This document shows positions 61,901 to 64,000 of a stretch of DNA of 64,000 nt, in pieces. The notes below the pieces were generated by a model, which was given only the letters and a program-made list of their open reading frames with translations, searched no databases and was not told the DNA's origin. Both the position numbers and the translations under genes were made by a program. Each line of letters begins with the position of its first letter. Within the stretch, counting starts at the first letter, position 1. This DNA is from Myxococcota bacterium (GTDB taxonomy: Bacteria > Myxococcota_A > Polyangia > Nannocystales > Nannocystaceae). The stretch is taken from contig JBCCHT010000001.1 in the NCBI GenBank assembly GCA_039028615.1, positions 480,001 to 544,000 on the forward strand. Reading direction: 5' to 3'.

Positions 61901-63724
61901 TCAGCTGCCCAGGCGCAGGTGCTGGTTTCTCGGCACCTCCTCGAACTCCAGCACCGTGCCCGTCAGCGGCCACGTCAGCTCGACCCGGTGCAGCGGCGCA
62001 TCGCCGTCCTCGAAGCCGAAGTATGCCGCGGCCTCGGCCTGGCCCGAGTAGTGGCTGCCGACTCCGATCGTGCGCAGCTGAACGGGACCGCCCGCGGTCT
62101 CCTGCACGCGAACTTCGACCCCGATGCCCTGCGAGTTGCCGAAGCCTCCCGTGGTCGTGACCTCGAGCCACGAGCCGCCCTGCTGGTCGTTGCGGAACAG
62201 CCCCGGAGACTCGGTATTGGAGTGCACCAGCAGGTCGAGGTCGCCATCTCGATCGTAGTCGAAGGCCACCAGGCCCCGCCCCTGCCGCTGGTAGTCGACG
62301 CCCTGCTCCACCGCCAGCTCCGGCCACGGTCCCGCTCCGGTGTTGAACCAAAGCCGCACGGGGTCGTTGGCGTAGACGGTCGCCGGGAAGCCCGAAGCCA
62401 GGGCCAGGTCGAGGTCGCCGTCGAGGTCGAAGTCGAACATCGAAGCGCCCCAGCCCCAGCCGCCGTCGCGCACGTCGAGTTCGTCGGTGACGTCGGAGAA
62501 GACCAGGCCGCCTTCGTTGCGGAACATGCGATTGCCGGGGTCTTCGAGGCTCGGCGACATGATGGCGGAGACGAACCAGTCGAGGTCGCCATCGTCGTCG
62601 TAGTCGCCAAAGGTCGAGCCCATGCCGTTGCCCTCGGTGCCGATGCCCGCGGCGAGGGTTCGATCGACGAATCCACCCGCGCCGTCGTTCCACCACAACC
62701 TCGAGGCGCCGAAGTCTGCGACCAGGGTCAGCTCGGGGTATCGGTCACCATCGAGGTCGACGAACGCGGGCGCGAAGCCCCAGGCGCCCGGCGGGGCCCC
62801 GACTTGGGCGGAGACCGACCGCATGTCGATGCCCACCTGCTCGGTGACGTCCTCGAAGGTCCCCGGTCCGAGCAAGCCGCGGTTGCGCAGCAGTCGGTTG
62901 TAGTCGACGTCCCCGTCGAGGGCGATCGTGGACCGCCAGTCCCCCACGAACAGGTCGACGAAGCCGTCGAGGTCGTAGTCGCCCACCGCCACGCTCGTGC
63001 CCACCCGGATGAACCCGGACTCGAGGGCGACTCCACGCTCGACGCCTTCCTCCGAGAAGAACCCGGCGCCGTCGTTGACGTACAGGTAGTGGCGAGTGTC
63101 GCCCAGGGCGGTGAGCATGAGGTCGAGGTCACCATCGCCCTCGATGTCGACCCACGCGGCGCCCCCCGTCACGTGGGGGCGGCTCAGCCCGCGCGCCTCG
63201 GCCACGTCGACGAAGGTCCCGTCGCCCTGGTTGTGCAGCAGCCAGTCGGGCCCCTGCACCCGGGTCAGGAAGATGTCGGGCCAACCGTCGCCATCGAAGT
63301 CACCGATCGCCGCCGCCCCGAGAGCGCGCTCGGGCAGGCAGTAGTCGCCGAGATCGTCGGGGTGACTGCTGATGTTGTCGAGGACGCAAAAGGGTGGCGG
63401 CATGATCTCGCCTGGATCGAGATCGAGACCGGCCGCCTCCGTCACCTCGACGAAATTCGGCATCGGGGGCGGGGGCACCTTGCCGGATCCGAGGTCCGGC
63501 GGGAGCGGAGGCTCGGGCGAGTCGGTCGTCGAACCGCTGGTGGAGTCGACCGCACCGGAGCTACTGTCGGCGACGGGCTCGGAGACGGTGGTCCCGCCCT
63601 CCGACGCGCTGGACGGCAGTGCGCCCGAGGAACTCCCCTCGACCGACACTGGGCTGTCGGGGGATTGGCAAGCCGCGATCGAAATCGCCATGCCCACGCT
63701 CCCCCACCGTGCTCGCAATCCCAT
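61901..63724 (-). CDS. CRTAC1-like FG-GAP/ASPIC-UnbV lipoprotein
   Basis: Lipobox IAAC; repeated D.D.DG..D; C-terminal GIG...Q.R......Y.GQ.....FG...V...WP. Confidence 0.88.
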   Translation of the reverse strand: MGLRARWGSVGMAISIAACQSPDSPVSVEGSSSGALPSSASEGGTTVSEPVADSSSGAVDSTSGSTTDSPEPPLPPDLGSGKVPPPPMPNFVEVTEAAGLDLDPGEIMPPPFCVLDNISSHPDDLGDYCLPERALGAAAIGDFDGDGWPDIFLTRVQGPDWLLHNQGDGTFVDVAEARGLSRPHVTGGAAWVDIEGDGDLDLMLTALGDTRHYLYVNDGAGFFSEEGVERGVALESGFIRVGTSVAVGDYDLDGFVDLFVGDWRSTIALDGDVDYNRLLRNRGLLGPGTFEDVTEQVGIDMRSVSAQVGAPPGAWGFAPAFVDLDGDRYPELTLVADFGASRLWWNDGAGGFVDRTLAAGIGTEGNGMGSTFGDYDDDGDLDWFVSAIMSPSLEDPGNRMFRNEGGLVFSDVTDELDVRDGGWGWGASMFDFDLDGDLDLALASGFPATVYANDPVRLWFNTGAGPWPELAVEQGVDYQRQGRGLVAFDYDRDGDLDLLVHSNTESPGLFRNDQQGGSWLEVTTTGGFGNSQGIGVEVRVQETAGGPVQLRTIGVGSHYSGQAEAAAYFGFEDGDAPLHRVELTWPLTGTVLEFEEVPRNQHLRLGS

Positions 63725-63874
63725 CCCCGCCTCATCGTACGGGCAGGGACTGCCGCCCGCTACCACCGTTGTCGGCGATGCGGGCGCCTGATCGTCGATG
63801 CACGCACCGAGATGGCTCGGCCACGACACGGATGTCGTGATGTCGCCCGGGGGCGCAGCACCAGCACCCGTGAC

Positions 63875-64000
63875 CTAGGGTGCCGTGGGCTCGTAGTGAC
63901 CGTCGGGCAATACCGTCGGCAACGCATAGGCCCGGTCGGTCATGAGGCCGTGCATGGCCACATCGATCGTCTCGAACTGCTCGGGCGTGCACGCTTCCCA
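63875..64000 (-). CDS. 3' end of a CDS entering from beyond the window
   Basis: Open frame WEACTPEQFETIDVAMHGLMTDRAYALPTVLPDGHYEPTAP* with GC-rich third positions. Confidence 0.5.
   Translation of the reverse strand, partial: WEACTPEQFETIDVAMHGLMTDRAYALPTVLPDGHYEPTAP

Overview
High-GC (roughly 70% by eye) bacterial chromosomal segment with about 58 closely packed CDSs. I recognised no rRNA, tRNA, CRISPR array, transposase, integrase or phage gene. The gene content points to Myxococcota, most likely a Nannocystaceae-like lineage (inference): many lipoproteins with Ser/Thr/Gly/Asp-rich tethers, Cys-rich repeat proteins, a Ser/Thr kinase-TPR protein and an ECF sigma/TPR module. Recognisable housekeeping genes are murJ, truA and the carboxy(nor)spermidine dehydrogenase/nspC polyamine pair. 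Notable accessory content: (1) a stand-alone SIR2-family NADase-like protein with a C-terminal HEAT-like domain; (2) a group III truncated hemoglobin paired with a SufR-like Cys-containing regulator behind an AT-rich operator; (3) an XRE regulator followed by two uncharacterised secreted or membrane Cys proteins; (4) a terpene synthase next to a LecB-like lectin; (5) two operons coupling an isoprenoid enzyme (GGR-like, UbiA) to a GT-C-like membrane protein; (6) a heme-c-fused PHM-type copper monooxygenase; (7) a desaturase/P450/SDR cluster; (8) secreted glycan-active proteins (GH18-like, PNGase F-like, GH5). All family calls rest on motif recognition by eye, not database searches. Several start codons were re-chosen from the ORF track.
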